Assembly (NCBI GenBank): GCA_030765485.1
Contig: JAVCCR010000017.1
Span: 10,298-74,297 of the forward strand
DNA: 64,000 nt
Reading direction: 5' to 3'
Source of the DNA: Candidatus Gygaella obscura
GTDB taxonomy: Bacteria > Omnitrophota > Gorgyraeia > Gygaellales > Gygaellaceae
Part shown: one piece after another, positions 10,423 to 20,047 of the stretch
Position numbering within the stretch: the stretch's first letter is position 1
Layout of the letters: every line of letters starts with the position of its first letter
The notes under the pieces: model-generated
Databases searched by the model: none
What the model saw: the letters and a program-made list of their open reading frames with translations, nothing else
What the model was told of the DNA's origin: nothing
Program-made: the position numbers and the translations under genes

Positions 10423-11890
10423 CTTTCATGCCTCTTTCTGAAAACACTACAGCTTCGAATGTATACATTTTAACCAAAGGGTCTTTCCATGCGTCTTTTG
10501 CTAGACCAGCCTTATGTTGACACAGATAACTTAAGAATTCTTCCTTAGTCCAACCTGTTTCTTCAGCAACTTGAGGCAAAAACACACCTTTATTAAAACC
10601 CTTTTCTACAATCACGCCATGCCTACCTAGGACTATTTCGTCAATAGAATTTACCCTTTTAGGAACAGTTAAAACTGAAATCTCAATATCAATATCCCCC
10701 AACTCTTCTCTTTTCACAGGACTGAATCTCGGATCCTGCGTAGCGGCTGATATTGCCATATCTTGAACTGTTTTATTCAGTTTTCCTCTTGGATAGATAT
10801 TTCCAATGCAACCCCGTAATGAACCGGCTTTATGCAAAGTAACAAAAACACCTCTTTCCGCCAATAAAGCAGGATCGGTATCATCAAGCGCTATAGAATT
10901 ACCACTTTTTAAAAACTCTATTAAAGTTTTACGGGCAATCTCTAATAATCTTTTTTTCTGAAAAACTTCAAACATTTTATTCTCCTTAAGTTTTTCATCG
11001 TAATAAAAAGCAACCGACGAATACCCAACAACACTTTTTTTATTAGAACACGTTTCTCCAGAATTAGAATATTTTAATATCTTCGATTCCAAATTAAGCA
11101 ATCTCGACATTTCCATAACCACTGCAACAGCGGCATAACCGCACAACTGTACACTTTTATCTAAAACAGATTTTTCTAAACTCTCGATATCTAAAGAAAC
11201 AATTGTAGACAATGTATTCTGATCAAGACTAGAACAATAATCGTAATCATAATAGTGTGAAAGATCGCTTGAGGCAATAACTAAGGTATTGCTATGCAAA
11301 ACAACATCTTTTAAAACAGACGCCAGTTCGCGAATCTCTGACACACTAACAATCCCTGTTAATATAGGTAAGACTTTTGCTGAACCTAAAACCTGTTTTA
11401 AAAAAGGTAACTGCACCTCCAGAGAATGTTCATTGATAAAAAAATCATTATTTTCCTGCAAAAAAGGCAATTCTGCCTTTAATTTATCTTTTAAACAATT
11501 ATCCACTTCCACTTTATCTAAAACAGCATCAAAATATGCCCAACTGCCAACCACAAGACCTTTAAATCCAAAATGATGACTAGGCCCTAATAAAATAATT
11601 GAATCTATTTTTTTATTTTTAATCTGATTAAACCCAACAGCCGCCACATCTCCAGAACAAGAATATGACGCATGCGGAGTAATTAAAGCATAAATCCTTT
11701 GCCCTAAGGCAAGGAGACCAGACTTATCTAACTTTTCTTCAATCATAGATCTAAGCTTCTTAGGATGCTTAGGATAAAACCTACCTGCAAAAACAGCATT
11801 TTTTAATCCCGTAGACTCCGCATATAAACAAGTTGAGAGAAATAGTCCCACAATTAAAAAAAATACTATTTTTAACTTACCAGTTACCAT
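10415..11890 (-). CDS. AmmeMemoRadiSam protein B (Memo) + protein A (AMMECR1) fusion with signal-peptide-like N-terminus
   Basis: AGRFYP, PHA, GPSHH, EHSLEVQLPFL, SSDLSHY, then GVFVTL, LRGCIG, DPRF, FLPQVA; start moved to ATG 11890 (MVTGKLKIVFFLIVGLFLSTCLYA). Confidence 0.9.
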   Translation of the reverse strand: MVTGKLKIVFFLIVGLFLSTCLYAESTGLKNAVFAGRFYPKHPKKLRSMIEEKLDKSGLLALGQRIYALITPHASYSCSGDVAAVGFNQIKNKKIDSIILLGPSHHFGFKGLVVGSWAYFDAVLDKVEVDNCLKDKLKAELPFLQENNDFFINEHSLEVQLPFLKQVLGSAKVLPILTGIVSVSEIRELASVLKDVVLHSNTLVIASSDLSHYYDYDYCSSLDQNTLSTIVSLDIESLEKSVLDKSVQLCGYAAVAVVMEMSRLLNLESKILKYSNSGETCSNKKSVVGYSSVAFYYDEKLKENKMFEVFQKKRLLEIARKTLIEFLKSGNSIALDDTDPALLAERGVFVTLHKAGSLRGCIGNIYPRGKLNKTVQDMAISAATQDPRFSPVKREELGDIDIEISVLTVPKRVNSIDEIVLGRHGVIVEKGFNKGVFLPQVAEETGWTKEEFLSYLCQHKAGLAKDAWKDPLVKMYTFEAVVFSERGMKDD

Positions 11891-12986
11891 AAATTTTTTC
11901 CTTACAAAACTTACATTTATTATCTTTAATATTATTCTCAATCACAAAATAACCTGAACGATCAACTAATTTTTTCCCACATTTAGGACAATAGGTATCT
12001 TCGTTGTCACTTAACGATTTATCAATATTACCAATATAGACATATTTAAGACCGCAGTCAAGGGCAATTGAACGCGCCTTTATCAAAGTTTCAACTGGTG
12101 TAGGCGAAAGCATATCCAACTTAAAACAAGGAAAAAACCTAGAAAAATGTAATGGCGTATCTTGGCCTAAATTATCATTAATCCAAACACACATCTGCCT
12201 TATTTTTTCTAAATCATCGTTAAATAGTGTAATTACAAGATTAGTAATTTCAATATGAACGCCTTCTTCCTTTAAAACACGCAATGAATTAAGCACCGGT
12301 TCTAGAGTCCCGTTACATATCTTTGCGTAAAACTGGTCACTAAATCCTTTAAGGTCGATATTGGCTGCATCAATATACTGAGCAAGTTCACGCAAGGGTT
12401 TTTCATTGATATAACCTGAAGAATGCATTACATTCTTAATGCCTTGTTTATGGGCCAGCTTAGCGGTTTCCAGCATAAACTCATAGAAAACCGTAGGTTC
12501 ATTATAAGTATATGCGATTATTTTCCGATTGGATTTCTTGACTAAACTGACAAGCTCTCCAGGGCTCATGTGGGTTGAATCTATTTTTTCTGGAGACCCA
12601 TGTGAAATATACCAATTCTGACAAAACTTACACTTAAGATTACATCCAGCTGTAGCAATCGAAAATACTTTCTCCCCAGGCATAAAATGAAAAAGTGGCT
12701 TTTTTTCAATAGGATCCCAGCTGTTAAAAGACACTAAATTACCGTAAGTTAAAGAAATTAACTTTCCATCAACGTTTTTCCTTGAACCACAAAAACCTCT
12801 TTCACCTAGTGAAAGAATACACTTTCTGGGGCAAAGCTCACACTGCACTTTGTTATTCTTTAACTTATTATAAAAAAGTGCTTCTTTATTTATATTCTTA
12901 TCTGAAGAGAAACAATTAAAACAGAATAAATTTAAAAATATAACTATTATGCCAAAGAAAATCTTTATCCTGATATTAAAATTCAT
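11877..12986 (-). CDS. amrS: AmmeMemoRadiSam radical SAM enzyme with hydrophobic N-terminal extension
   Basis: CELCPRKC, DPIEKKPLFHF, GCNLKCKFCQN, YTYNEP, YVYIGN, C-terminal CPKC..CKFC. Confidence 0.92.
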   Translation of the reverse strand: MNFNIRIKIFFGIIVIFLNLFCFNCFSSDKNINKEALFYNKLKNNKVQCELCPRKCILSLGERGFCGSRKNVDGKLISLTYGNLVSFNSWDPIEKKPLFHFMPGEKVFSIATAGCNLKCKFCQNWYISHGSPEKIDSTHMSPGELVSLVKKSNRKIIAYTYNEPTVFYEFMLETAKLAHKQGIKNVMHSSGYINEKPLRELAQYIDAANIDLKGFSDQFYAKICNGTLEPVLNSLRVLKEEGVHIEITNLVITLFNDDLEKIRQMCVWINDNLGQDTPLHFSRFFPCFKLDMLSPTPVETLIKARSIALDCGLKYVYIGNIDKSLSDNEDTYCPKCGKKLVDRSGYFVIENNIKDNKCKFCKEKIYGNW

Positions 12987-13002
12987 CTTAAGTTAAATTT
13001 AT

Positions 13003-13076
13003 TGGTGGAGCCAACGGGAATCGAACCCGTAATTTAGCGTTGCGAACGCTATGTTATCCCGTTTAACTATGGCCCC
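13003..13076 (-). tRNA. tRNA-Ala(CGC), 74 nt
   Basis: GGGGCCA/TGGCTCC acceptor with G3:U70, anticodon arm TAGCG-TTCGCAA-CGCTA, TTCGATT T-loop, CCA. Confidence 0.92.
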
Positions 13077-13102
13077 AAACATAGAATATTTACGCTACGG
13101 TG

Positions 13103-13131
13103 ACTATAACACAGTGAAGTTTTTCTTTCAA
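13103..13131 (-). promoter_or_regulatory. Sigma70 promoter for tRNA-Ala (possibly also the amr operon)
   Basis: TTGAAA-17 nt-TATAGT preceded by TGT. Confidence 0.65.
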
Positions 13132-13161
13132 TAAATTATTGTAATTTTAGGAAGGAGTTTA

Positions 13162-13779
13162 TTAACGCACAGACATGGCGCTAATAGTTACGTTAGACTC
13201 AAGAGAAACTTCGGTATTATCCATGGGATCTTCTGGTCTGGTCAAATCGTCTCTAGCGGAAATGTAAATAAACATTTTATTTGCATTCTCGTTTCCATCA
13301 CGAGTAAAAGTGGCTGAACTAATTCGAGGCCTAGTGATATCACTGCCTGAATTCCAATTAGAACCATCAAATTCATAACGTACAATTTTTTTTTCAGAAG
13401 CCGCACTGTCATCGAATACATATGCGCCCCAAGTGTTATCTTCTAAATTGGATATCGTATTATCGGATTGTCGAAACATAACTACTTTACCTGTTTCTTT
13501 TGTAGTTGCAGTGCATGAAGGAACTCCACTAGACAAAACATTCTCAATACAAACAGCTGGGCTGGATAACACTCCCGTAGATTGAGAGATATCCTTAACA
13601 ATGCTCTCCATTGCATAATTTACCTCATTATACAATACAGTCTGTCGGTCTATATCTTTGAGTTGACTTTTACTAGCCAAATCTATAGTGCTGGTAGCAA
13701 AAACAACAACCGATAACAAAATTATTGCAATAAGAAGCTCAATCAAAGATACACCAGAAGGATTATTCTGAGGGTTCAT
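13162..13779 (-). CDS. Minor type IV pilin (PilW/GspJ-like)
   Basis: Class III signal G/VSLIELLIAIILL with E5. Confidence 0.82.
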   Translation of the reverse strand: MNPQNNPSGVSLIELLIAIILLSVVVFATSTIDLASKSQLKDIDRQTVLYNEVNYAMESIVKDISQSTGVLSSPAVCIENVLSSGVPSCTATTKETGKVVMFRQSDNTISNLEDNTWGAYVFDDSAASEKKIVRYEFDGSNWNSGSDITRPRISSATFTRDGNENANKMFIYISARDDLTRPEDPMDNTEVSLESNVTISAMSVR

Positions 13780-14137
13780 TCCAACGAATTGTTATACTTG
13801 CTTGTCTTAAATTAGTATCAGGGACTGCAGAAACATCATAAATTACCGTACCATCCCAATAAGTTAAAAACTTTTCTGGTAAATCGCTTGAATTAATAGT
13901 AAGACCATTACCTACTCTTAACTTATTGCTTGAATCAGACCAGGTATCTTGCCTTACTTCATCTTTAAGTGTTTCTAAAACTTTCCTGCCAACATTTATA
14001 GATGTCAATTTTCTACGGGAGCGCTCGGTATATCTTCTACCGGCAATAAAAACACTAAACATTCCCAAAAGCGATAAACCCATAATTATTAAAGCCACTA
14101 ATACTTCTAATATTGAAAAACCATTTTTTCTTTTCAT
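13763..14137 (-). CDS. Minor type IV pilin (PilV/GspI-like)
   Basis: MKRKNG/FSILEVLVAL; C-terminal ITIRW strand. Confidence 0.85.
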   Translation of the reverse strand: MKRKNGFSILEVLVALIIMGLSLLGMFSVFIAGRRYTERSRRKLTSINVGRKVLETLKDEVRQDTWSDSSNKLRVGNGLTINSSDLPEKFLTYWDGTVIYDVSAVPDTNLRQASITIRWNEPSE

Positions 14138-14143
14138 TTTATA

Positions 14144-14605
14144 TTATGATCCAGGAATACAATTACCGTCAACGCAGCCCGCATTTTCATCATGACTTCC
14201 AATACGCCAAGTACGATCGCTTCCAGCCATCCTATAAGCCTCCGCTTGATAATCTGAGTAGTTTGCAGTGTCCGTTTCAACGCAATAAGTCCAATTACTA
14301 TTGCTTAAATCAAGATGAAGCTTTGTATTAATATTATCTGTGTAGTCATTTCCTTTAGCACAACTACCTAAATTGCCGTAGTAATGCGGTTTTGACAATC
14401 TGTATATTTTCTGCGCGGATTGAATAAGCTTTAAAGCAGTCTTTACTTCTCTGTCAATCGCGCCTTCTTTCATCTTTACGTATCCAGGAAATGTTAAACT
14501 AGCCAAAAGCCCTACTACAATTAAAACTACCAGTATTTCAATTAACGACATACCTTTTTTATTATTCTTGAAATAATGAATCAACGATAAAAAAATGTTT
14601 TTCAC
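14144..14605 (-). CDS. Type IV pilin
   Basis: KKG/MSLIEILVVLIVVGLLASLTFPGY; Cys-containing C-terminus. Confidence 0.87.
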   Translation of the reverse strand: MKNIFLSLIHYFKNNKKGMSLIEILVVLIVVGLLASLTFPGYVKMKEGAIDREVKTALKLIQSAQKIYRLSKPHYYGNLGSCAKGNDYTDNINTKLHLDLSNSNWTYCVETDTANYSDYQAEAYRMAGSDRTWRIGSHDENAGCVDGNCIPGS

Positions 14606-14620
14606 TTAACAATTTATCTT

Positions 14621-15046
14621 TTATGGACATTCCGGTTTACCTGCTGATTGCGCACAACCAGCCGAACAACATGCTTCTTTATATGTTGGTCTAATACGCC
14701 AAACTCTTGCTGTGCCCCCCGGATTATAATCTTGCCTGACTGCATCAACTACAAAACCAGCACTATCTGTTTTTACGCAATAACTCCAGTTATTGTCATT
14801 GAGCCTTAAAATAAGATTACTGTTTATCAAGTCAGTCATAAAACCAGCGCCGCTGATATAATATTCACCAGTTTCTAGATTATAACTATCTTCTGCAGCC
14901 TGAATAATCTTAAGGCTCGCTTTAGCTTCCCTATCTATTGAAGACTCACGAGTTTTAACATAGCCGGGTATACCTATCCCGGCTATGATCGCAAGAATTA
15001 TTATAACTATAATTAACTCTATTAAAGTAAATCCTTCTTTTACCAT
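14621..15046 (-). CDS. Type IV pilin
   Basis: MVKEG/FTLIELIIVIIILAIIAGIGIPGY; Cys-rich tail. Confidence 0.88.
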   Translation of the reverse strand: MVKEGFTLIELIIVIIILAIIAGIGIPGYVKTRESSIDREAKASLKIIQAAEDSYNLETGEYYISGAGFMTDLINSNLILRLNDNNWSYCVKTDSAGFVVDAVRQDYNPGGTARVWRIRPTYKEACCSAGCAQSAGKPECP

Positions 15047-15053
15047 TCAAGTA

Positions 15054-15452
15054 TTAATAACCAGCTGATCCACCCCAATTACCTGACGCGCTAAGTGTTA
15101 AGGTGTAATCATTGGCAGCTGCTGCATTTGGATTCTTTCCAGCTGTATTACAACGATCTGCCGTACATATAACATCGTCAGCACTTGCACCACTACAATC
15201 ATACTCAAACCAATGCGTAGTTGTACAAGACTCAGGAACCTTAGTGCTCAAGTCACTTATAGTATTTGTATATTTATAATTTTCTAAATAATAAGATTGC
15301 TGAGCAGTTCTTAAAGTTCCTAAAATTGACCTAGCTTCAGCAGCACGACCCTTTTCTACAGTCTTACTATATTGAGTAAAACCAATTGTTGCTAATATAC
15401 CAACGATGATGATTACGATAATAAGCTCTAACAACGTAAAACCTTTTTTCAT
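15054..15452 (-). CDS. Probable major type IV pilin
   Basis: MKKG/FTLLELIIVIIIVGILA; strong AGGAGG RBS and own promoter; four Cys. Confidence 0.88.
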   Translation of the reverse strand: MKKGFTLLELIIVIIIVGILATIGFTQYSKTVEKGRAAEARSILGTLRTAQQSYYLENYKYTNTISDLSTKVPESCTTTHWFEYDCSGASADDVICTADRCNTAGKNPNAAAANDYTLTLSASGNWGGSAGY

Positions 15453-15485
15453 TTCTCCTCCTTTTTATAATTAATAATATTATAT

Positions 15486-15514
15486 AGTTTAATATAATTA
15501 AAATGATGTGTCAA
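15486..15514 (-). promoter_or_regulatory. Sigma70 promoter of the pilin genes
   Basis: TTGACA-17 nt-TAAACT in the pilC-pilin gap. Confidence 0.65.
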
Positions 15515-15527
15515 TAATTTTAAATTA

Positions 15528-16781
15528 TTACATCCCCCCTCCCGCAGTATTTGCGGTAGCAATGCTAAAAATAGGCAAAAACATAGAAATCACTAAAAAG
15601 CCGATAATAATTCCCACAAAAATTAATAAAAAAGGTTCGAATATTGATGCAAAACGATTAATAAATGTTTCCACCTGCTTCTCGTAATAATTCGCAAGAC
15701 GTTTAAACATCTTAGACAACTCACCAATCTCTTCTCCAATTGAAACCATCTGAACTACCATTGGAGGAAACAAACCGCTTTTCTCTAACGGATCAGCTAA
15801 AAGTTTTCCGTCCCGGACATTTTCTTTTATCTTACGAATAGCATCCTGCATAACATAATTACCAGAACTACGTTCAGCAATCTCCAAAGAATAAAGTATA
15901 GGAACGCCGCTTTCAACTAATGTTGCCATCTCTGATGTAAAATGCTCTACTGCCAAATCTTTTGATATTTGACCTAATATCGGAAGATTAAACCTTAAAT
16001 AATCAAAATTCCTTTTCCCGATATCTGTCTTTAAATACTGTCTCAAGAAAACTGCTACAAAAAAAGCAATAATCAAAGACGGTAAAAATATCTTCTGAGC
16101 AACAACGCTTATATTCATAATGAATTGAGTTAAAGCAGGCATTTCAGCATTAAGACTATCATAAAGCTTATTAAACATAGGAATAATCTTAAGTATAAAA
16201 AATAAAAGGGCTAATATTGCCGCAACAAAAATTATTACCGGATAAATCATCGCACTTATCAACTTCCTTTTAAAATCTTCTCGCGCCTCCAAATAGTATG
16301 CGAGCCTATCTAAAACCACAGGAAGATTACCGCTGGCTTCACCAGTTTCCATTAAATTTATCCACAGATCTGAGAAAATAACCGAATGCTTAGCAAATGC
16401 CTTATGCAAAGAATATCCATTCCTGATATCTTTAACTACCTGTTGTAAGATTTTAAACAATCTCTTACTAGACGTCTGAGGAGCAATTACCTCTAAACTC
16501 TTTAAAACACTTACTCCTGCAGAAAGCATAGTAGCAAGCTGTCTGCCAAAGCTTACCAAGTCAACACTTTTAATTCTCCAATGGGCAAACTTAAATTGCT
16601 TCTTCTTTACCTGGCTAAATATGCTTTTAATGGGTCCTGATTCTTTTTTCTGATTTACTTCTACAACGATTAAATTCCTACTTTGAAGCCGATTGATAAC
16701 CTCTTCGGAGGAAACTGCTTCTTCTGTTCCTGTTATTCTTTTACCAGATGCCTCTCTTACAACATAATTAAATTTTGCCAT
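15528..16781 (-). CDS. pilC: Type IV pilus / T2SS inner-membrane platform protein (PilC/GspF)
   Basis: RQLATMLSAGV, GEASGNL, AMIYP, LVESGVPI, GEEIGEL, EP, MFLPIF. Confidence 0.93.
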   Translation of the reverse strand: MAKFNYVVREASGKRITGTEEAVSSEEVINRLQSRNLIVVEVNQKKESGPIKSIFSQVKKKQFKFAHWRIKSVDLVSFGRQLATMLSAGVSVLKSLEVIAPQTSSKRLFKILQQVVKDIRNGYSLHKAFAKHSVIFSDLWINLMETGEASGNLPVVLDRLAYYLEAREDFKRKLISAMIYPVIIFVAAILALLFFILKIIPMFNKLYDSLNAEMPALTQFIMNISVVAQKIFLPSLIIAFFVAVFLRQYLKTDIGKRNFDYLRFNLPILGQISKDLAVEHFTSEMATLVESGVPILYSLEIAERSSGNYVMQDAIRKIKENVRDGKLLADPLEKSGLFPPMVVQMVSIGEEIGELSKMFKRLANYYEKQVETFINRFASIFEPFLLIFVGIIIGFLVISMFLPIFSIATANTAGGGM

Positions 16782-16784
16782 AAT

Positions 16785-18491
16785 TTAAAAACTCATTGAA
16801 ACGCTAAGAGCCTCCTGTAAACTGGTTACACCATCCTCAACTTTTTTAATTGCTGATTCATGAAGCGACACCATTCCAGTTTCTTTTGCGATATTCTTCA
16901 AATTCAATAAATTCACCTCTCCAGACATATATTGGCGTATCTTATTATTGATTACCAAAACTTCTGCAATAACTGTTCTGCCACGATATCCTATCTGGTT
17001 ACATTTAGGACAACCCTTTGGTTTATAAATTAAGGAAGTTTTTAATTTTATACCGCCTACTTCTTCTGGTTTAGGCTCATAGGCCTCTTTACAATGTGGA
17101 CAAAGTTTTCTTAGTAATCTCTGGCCTACTATACATACTAAAGAAGGCACCAATAAATATGACTGAACTCCTATATCAACAAGACGACTTATTGCAGAAG
17201 TAGCATCGTTAGTATGAAGCGTACTTAATACCAAATGTCCTGTTAAAGCAGACCTAATACATATCTCTGCAGTCTCTAAATCTCTAACCTCACCTACAAG
17301 CATAATATCAGGATCTTGCCTTAAAAAACTCCTTAATGCTGATGCAAAATTTAAACCAATTTCCGGTTTTATCTGAACCTGGTTTACAGCATCAAGTTTA
17401 TACTCAACCGGATCTTCAACAGTCACGATATTTTTTGTAGGATTTCTTAACTCGTTAAGAGCGGCATAGAGCGTTGTGGTCTTACCAGAACCTGTAGGGC
17501 CGGTTAAAAAAACTAAACCGTAAGGAAAATTTATACAACGCCTAAAATCCTCTAACTGTTTAGATTCAAAACCAAGACGGTCTAAATCTAAAACAACTTT
17601 ACTTCTATCTAAAATCCTTAATACAACTTTCTCTCCGTAAATTGTAGGCACACTAGAAATACGTAAATCTATAACTCTATCCTCCATCTTAACACCAAAG
17701 GCACCATCTTGAGGAAGACGCTTCTCAGCTATATCAAGTCTGGCAAGAATTTTTATCCTTGAAATAATCGGTAAAAGTAAATGCCTTGCCGGAGGCGGAA
17801 TCTCATAAAGTTTACCATCAATACGATAACGTAAGCTTATTCTGTCTTTAAAAGGCTCTATATGGATATCTGAAGCTGATTCATCAATGGCCTGCCTGAT
17901 TATCAAATCAACTAATTTTACAACTGTTGCCTCTTCAGCTCTTGCAATAAGCTTATCCAAACTTAATGTGCTTGTAATCTCATCGGCAGTTTCTTCGGGT
18001 ACTTCATCTATAACTCCATAAGATTCTCTAACGGCATCTTTAAACATATTACCTCTTCCATAAAACTGTTCGATTGCTTTTATAATATCCGAACGCGTTG
18101 CCAAAACAGGATTAATATCACAACGGGTAAGCTTTCTTAAATTATCCATAAGCATAATATCCAAAGGATCAAACATCGCACAAGTAAGAGAATTAAGATT
18201 GCGAGACAATGGTAAAACAATATTTTTTAAAGCAAAATCTCTAGAAATAAGTTTTTCTAAACCCTGGTCTATTGCGGGAACAAGGAGTTTAGAGTTTTCA
18301 CTAGCAAAAGGAATATTTAACTGTTGACTTACAATTTTTATTATATCGGATTCCTGAACAAAGCCCATTTTCACAAGAATCTCACCAATCCTACCACCTT
18401 CTCGCTTCTGAGTAAGGATAGCTTTCTCAAGTTGATCATCAGTGATTAACTTTTCCTGAATTAATAATTCACCTAGATAAAGTCGTGCCAT
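16785..18491 (-). CDS. pilB: Pilus assembly ATPase (PilB/GspE) with N-terminal MshEN-like domain
   Basis: ASDIHIEP, LDIAEKRLPQDG, GPTGSGKTTT, EDPVEY, LRQDPDIMLVGEVRD, TGHLVLSTLH, CPHC/CPKC. Confidence 0.95.
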   Translation of the reverse strand: MARLYLGELLIQEKLITDDQLEKAILTQKREGGRIGEILVKMGFVQESDIIKIVSQQLNIPFASENSKLLVPAIDQGLEKLISRDFALKNIVLPLSRNLNSLTCAMFDPLDIMLMDNLRKLTRCDINPVLATRSDIIKAIEQFYGRGNMFKDAVRESYGVIDEVPEETADEITSTLSLDKLIARAEEATVVKLVDLIIRQAIDESASDIHIEPFKDRISLRYRIDGKLYEIPPPARHLLLPIISRIKILARLDIAEKRLPQDGAFGVKMEDRVIDLRISSVPTIYGEKVVLRILDRSKVVLDLDRLGFESKQLEDFRRCINFPYGLVFLTGPTGSGKTTTLYAALNELRNPTKNIVTVEDPVEYKLDAVNQVQIKPEIGLNFASALRSFLRQDPDIMLVGEVRDLETAEICIRSALTGHLVLSTLHTNDATSAISRLVDIGVQSYLLVPSLVCIVGQRLLRKLCPHCKEAYEPKPEEVGGIKLKTSLIYKPKGCPKCNQIGYRGRTVIAEVLVINNKIRQYMSGEVNLLNLKNIAKETGMVSLHESAIKKVEDGVTSLQEALSVSMSF

Positions 18492-18529
18492 TAATTATTA
18501 TTATAATTAAAAAAGAAAAGAAGTAAAGA

Positions 18530-20032
18530 TTAATATTCTTCTTCGTATTTTATAAGCGCCTTGTCAATTGCATTTGGGCGCTTTACGTAAAAAGACTGCT
18601 GTTCTCTCACAGGTAAAGCCGGGTAACTAGATGAAGAAAACTTTGTGTTACTGCTTAAAGTATTATCCACAATACGAGGAGTAATAAATACGATCAATTC
18701 TCTATCTTCAGGTTCGCTGGTTTTATATCTAAAAAGAGCGCCGATAAAAGGAATATCTCCCAAAATAGGTAATTTTGTTATAACGACACTTTCATAGTGC
18801 TTAATCATGCCTCCAACAACTATAGTCTCCCCATCTTTAACCTTCAATACACTCTTAGTAAAGCGTTCTTCTGGATCTTTGACGCTTTGTAACCCTCCAC
18901 TAGACGTAATAACGGTAAATCCGGAATCGATTGCTGTCTTAACGGCTGGCTCAACATAAAGAGTGATTTCGCGAGTTAATAAATTCGCACAAGGAGTAAC
19001 CTTTAAAGAAATACCTGTTTCAGCGCGCTCTGCTTCAGTTGCTGAAGTTGCCCCACCTTCTTCCGAAGTAGTTGAAGAATCAACTTGACCTATTGCTTCA
19101 TCGGTTATTATCTGAATCTCAGCAGAGTGATTATTTAAAGTCAGTATTTTCGGCCTAGCCAAAAACTTAGTATCAGTATGAGTAGAAAGAAACTTTAAAG
19201 CAACACTCATATTAGAAAAACCAGCCGTTCCATCTTCAATCCAAGGAGCGCCTTCAGAAGCATTTCTTTTCCCATGAAACAATGTTCCCAAAGGAAACTC
19301 TGTTCCTTGAGCAAAAGATGCCCCTGTAAGATTAAAGAAATTACCATTCCAATTCGCTCCAAGCTCATCAAGTACAGTCTTTTTTACATCCAACATCTGA
19401 ACCTCAATCAAAACCTGAGGTTGAGGAGTATCTAATGAATTTATTACTTGCTCAATCAACGGGAACCTAGAAGGAACATCAGTTACTATAAGGCTATTCG
19501 TTCTTCCATCTTCAGACACTGTACCATGATCGCTTAAAACATTCTCTACCGCCTCCATAATCTTACCTGAACCATCGATACTTAACCCTTCTTGTATTGC
19601 AGTAGCAAGATTTGAATTGGATACGATTGCGTTTTTTAATATATAAGTCCTTGAAATAACCTCTATTGTAGGACGACCCATTTCCTTTACAATAAAGATA
19701 TTGCTACCTTCTTCCATTTCATAAGCTAAGTTATTAGCCTTAAATATCTTGTCCATAGCATCTCTTATGGGGACACTATCAAGATAGAGACTAATTTGTC
19801 TATCCTGCACTGAATCCGTTGCCACAAAGTTAAGACTAGAGAGTATCGAAAAAGACTTTAATATGTCCCTTAAAGAAGCAGATTTAAAATCCATCGAGAT
19901 CTTCTTCGTAGGGTCTGGAAAATACAACAAATCTGTTCCGATCTGCGACTGCGCAAAAACATACCTTCCGACACAAACCGCAAGAAACACACAAATCATA
20001 AAAACAGCCATCTTATAATAATTTCTTTTCAT
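18530..20032 (-). CDS. pilQ: Outer-membrane secretin (PilQ/GspD)
   Basis: Signal peptide, ISMDFK N0 domain, DGRTNSLIV, PQVLIEV, KLPILGDIPFIGALF, ELIVFITPRI. Confidence 0.92.
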   Translation of the reverse strand: MKRNYYKMAVFMICVFLAVCVGRYVFAQSQIGTDLLYFPDPTKKISMDFKSASLRDILKSFSILSSLNFVATDSVQDRQISLYLDSVPIRDAMDKIFKANNLAYEMEEGSNIFIVKEMGRPTIEVISRTYILKNAIVSNSNLATAIQEGLSIDGSGKIMEAVENVLSDHGTVSEDGRTNSLIVTDVPSRFPLIEQVINSLDTPQPQVLIEVQMLDVKKTVLDELGANWNGNFFNLTGASFAQGTEFPLGTLFHGKRNASEGAPWIEDGTAGFSNMSVALKFLSTHTDTKFLARPKILTLNNHSAEIQIITDEAIGQVDSSTTSEEGGATSATEAERAETGISLKVTPCANLLTREITLYVEPAVKTAIDSGFTVITSSGGLQSVKDPEERFTKSVLKVKDGETIVVGGMIKHYESVVITKLPILGDIPFIGALFRYKTSEPEDRELIVFITPRIVDNTLSSNTKFSSSSYPALPVREQQSFYVKRPNAIDKALIKYEEEY

Positions 20033-20047
20033 AGCTCGCCTCCATAT

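Noticed and set aside
11891-11941. Longer start for the Memo-AMMECR1 fusion
   Set aside because: Deep overlap with the amrS zinc ribbon; ATG 11890 gives a coherent signal-like N-terminus
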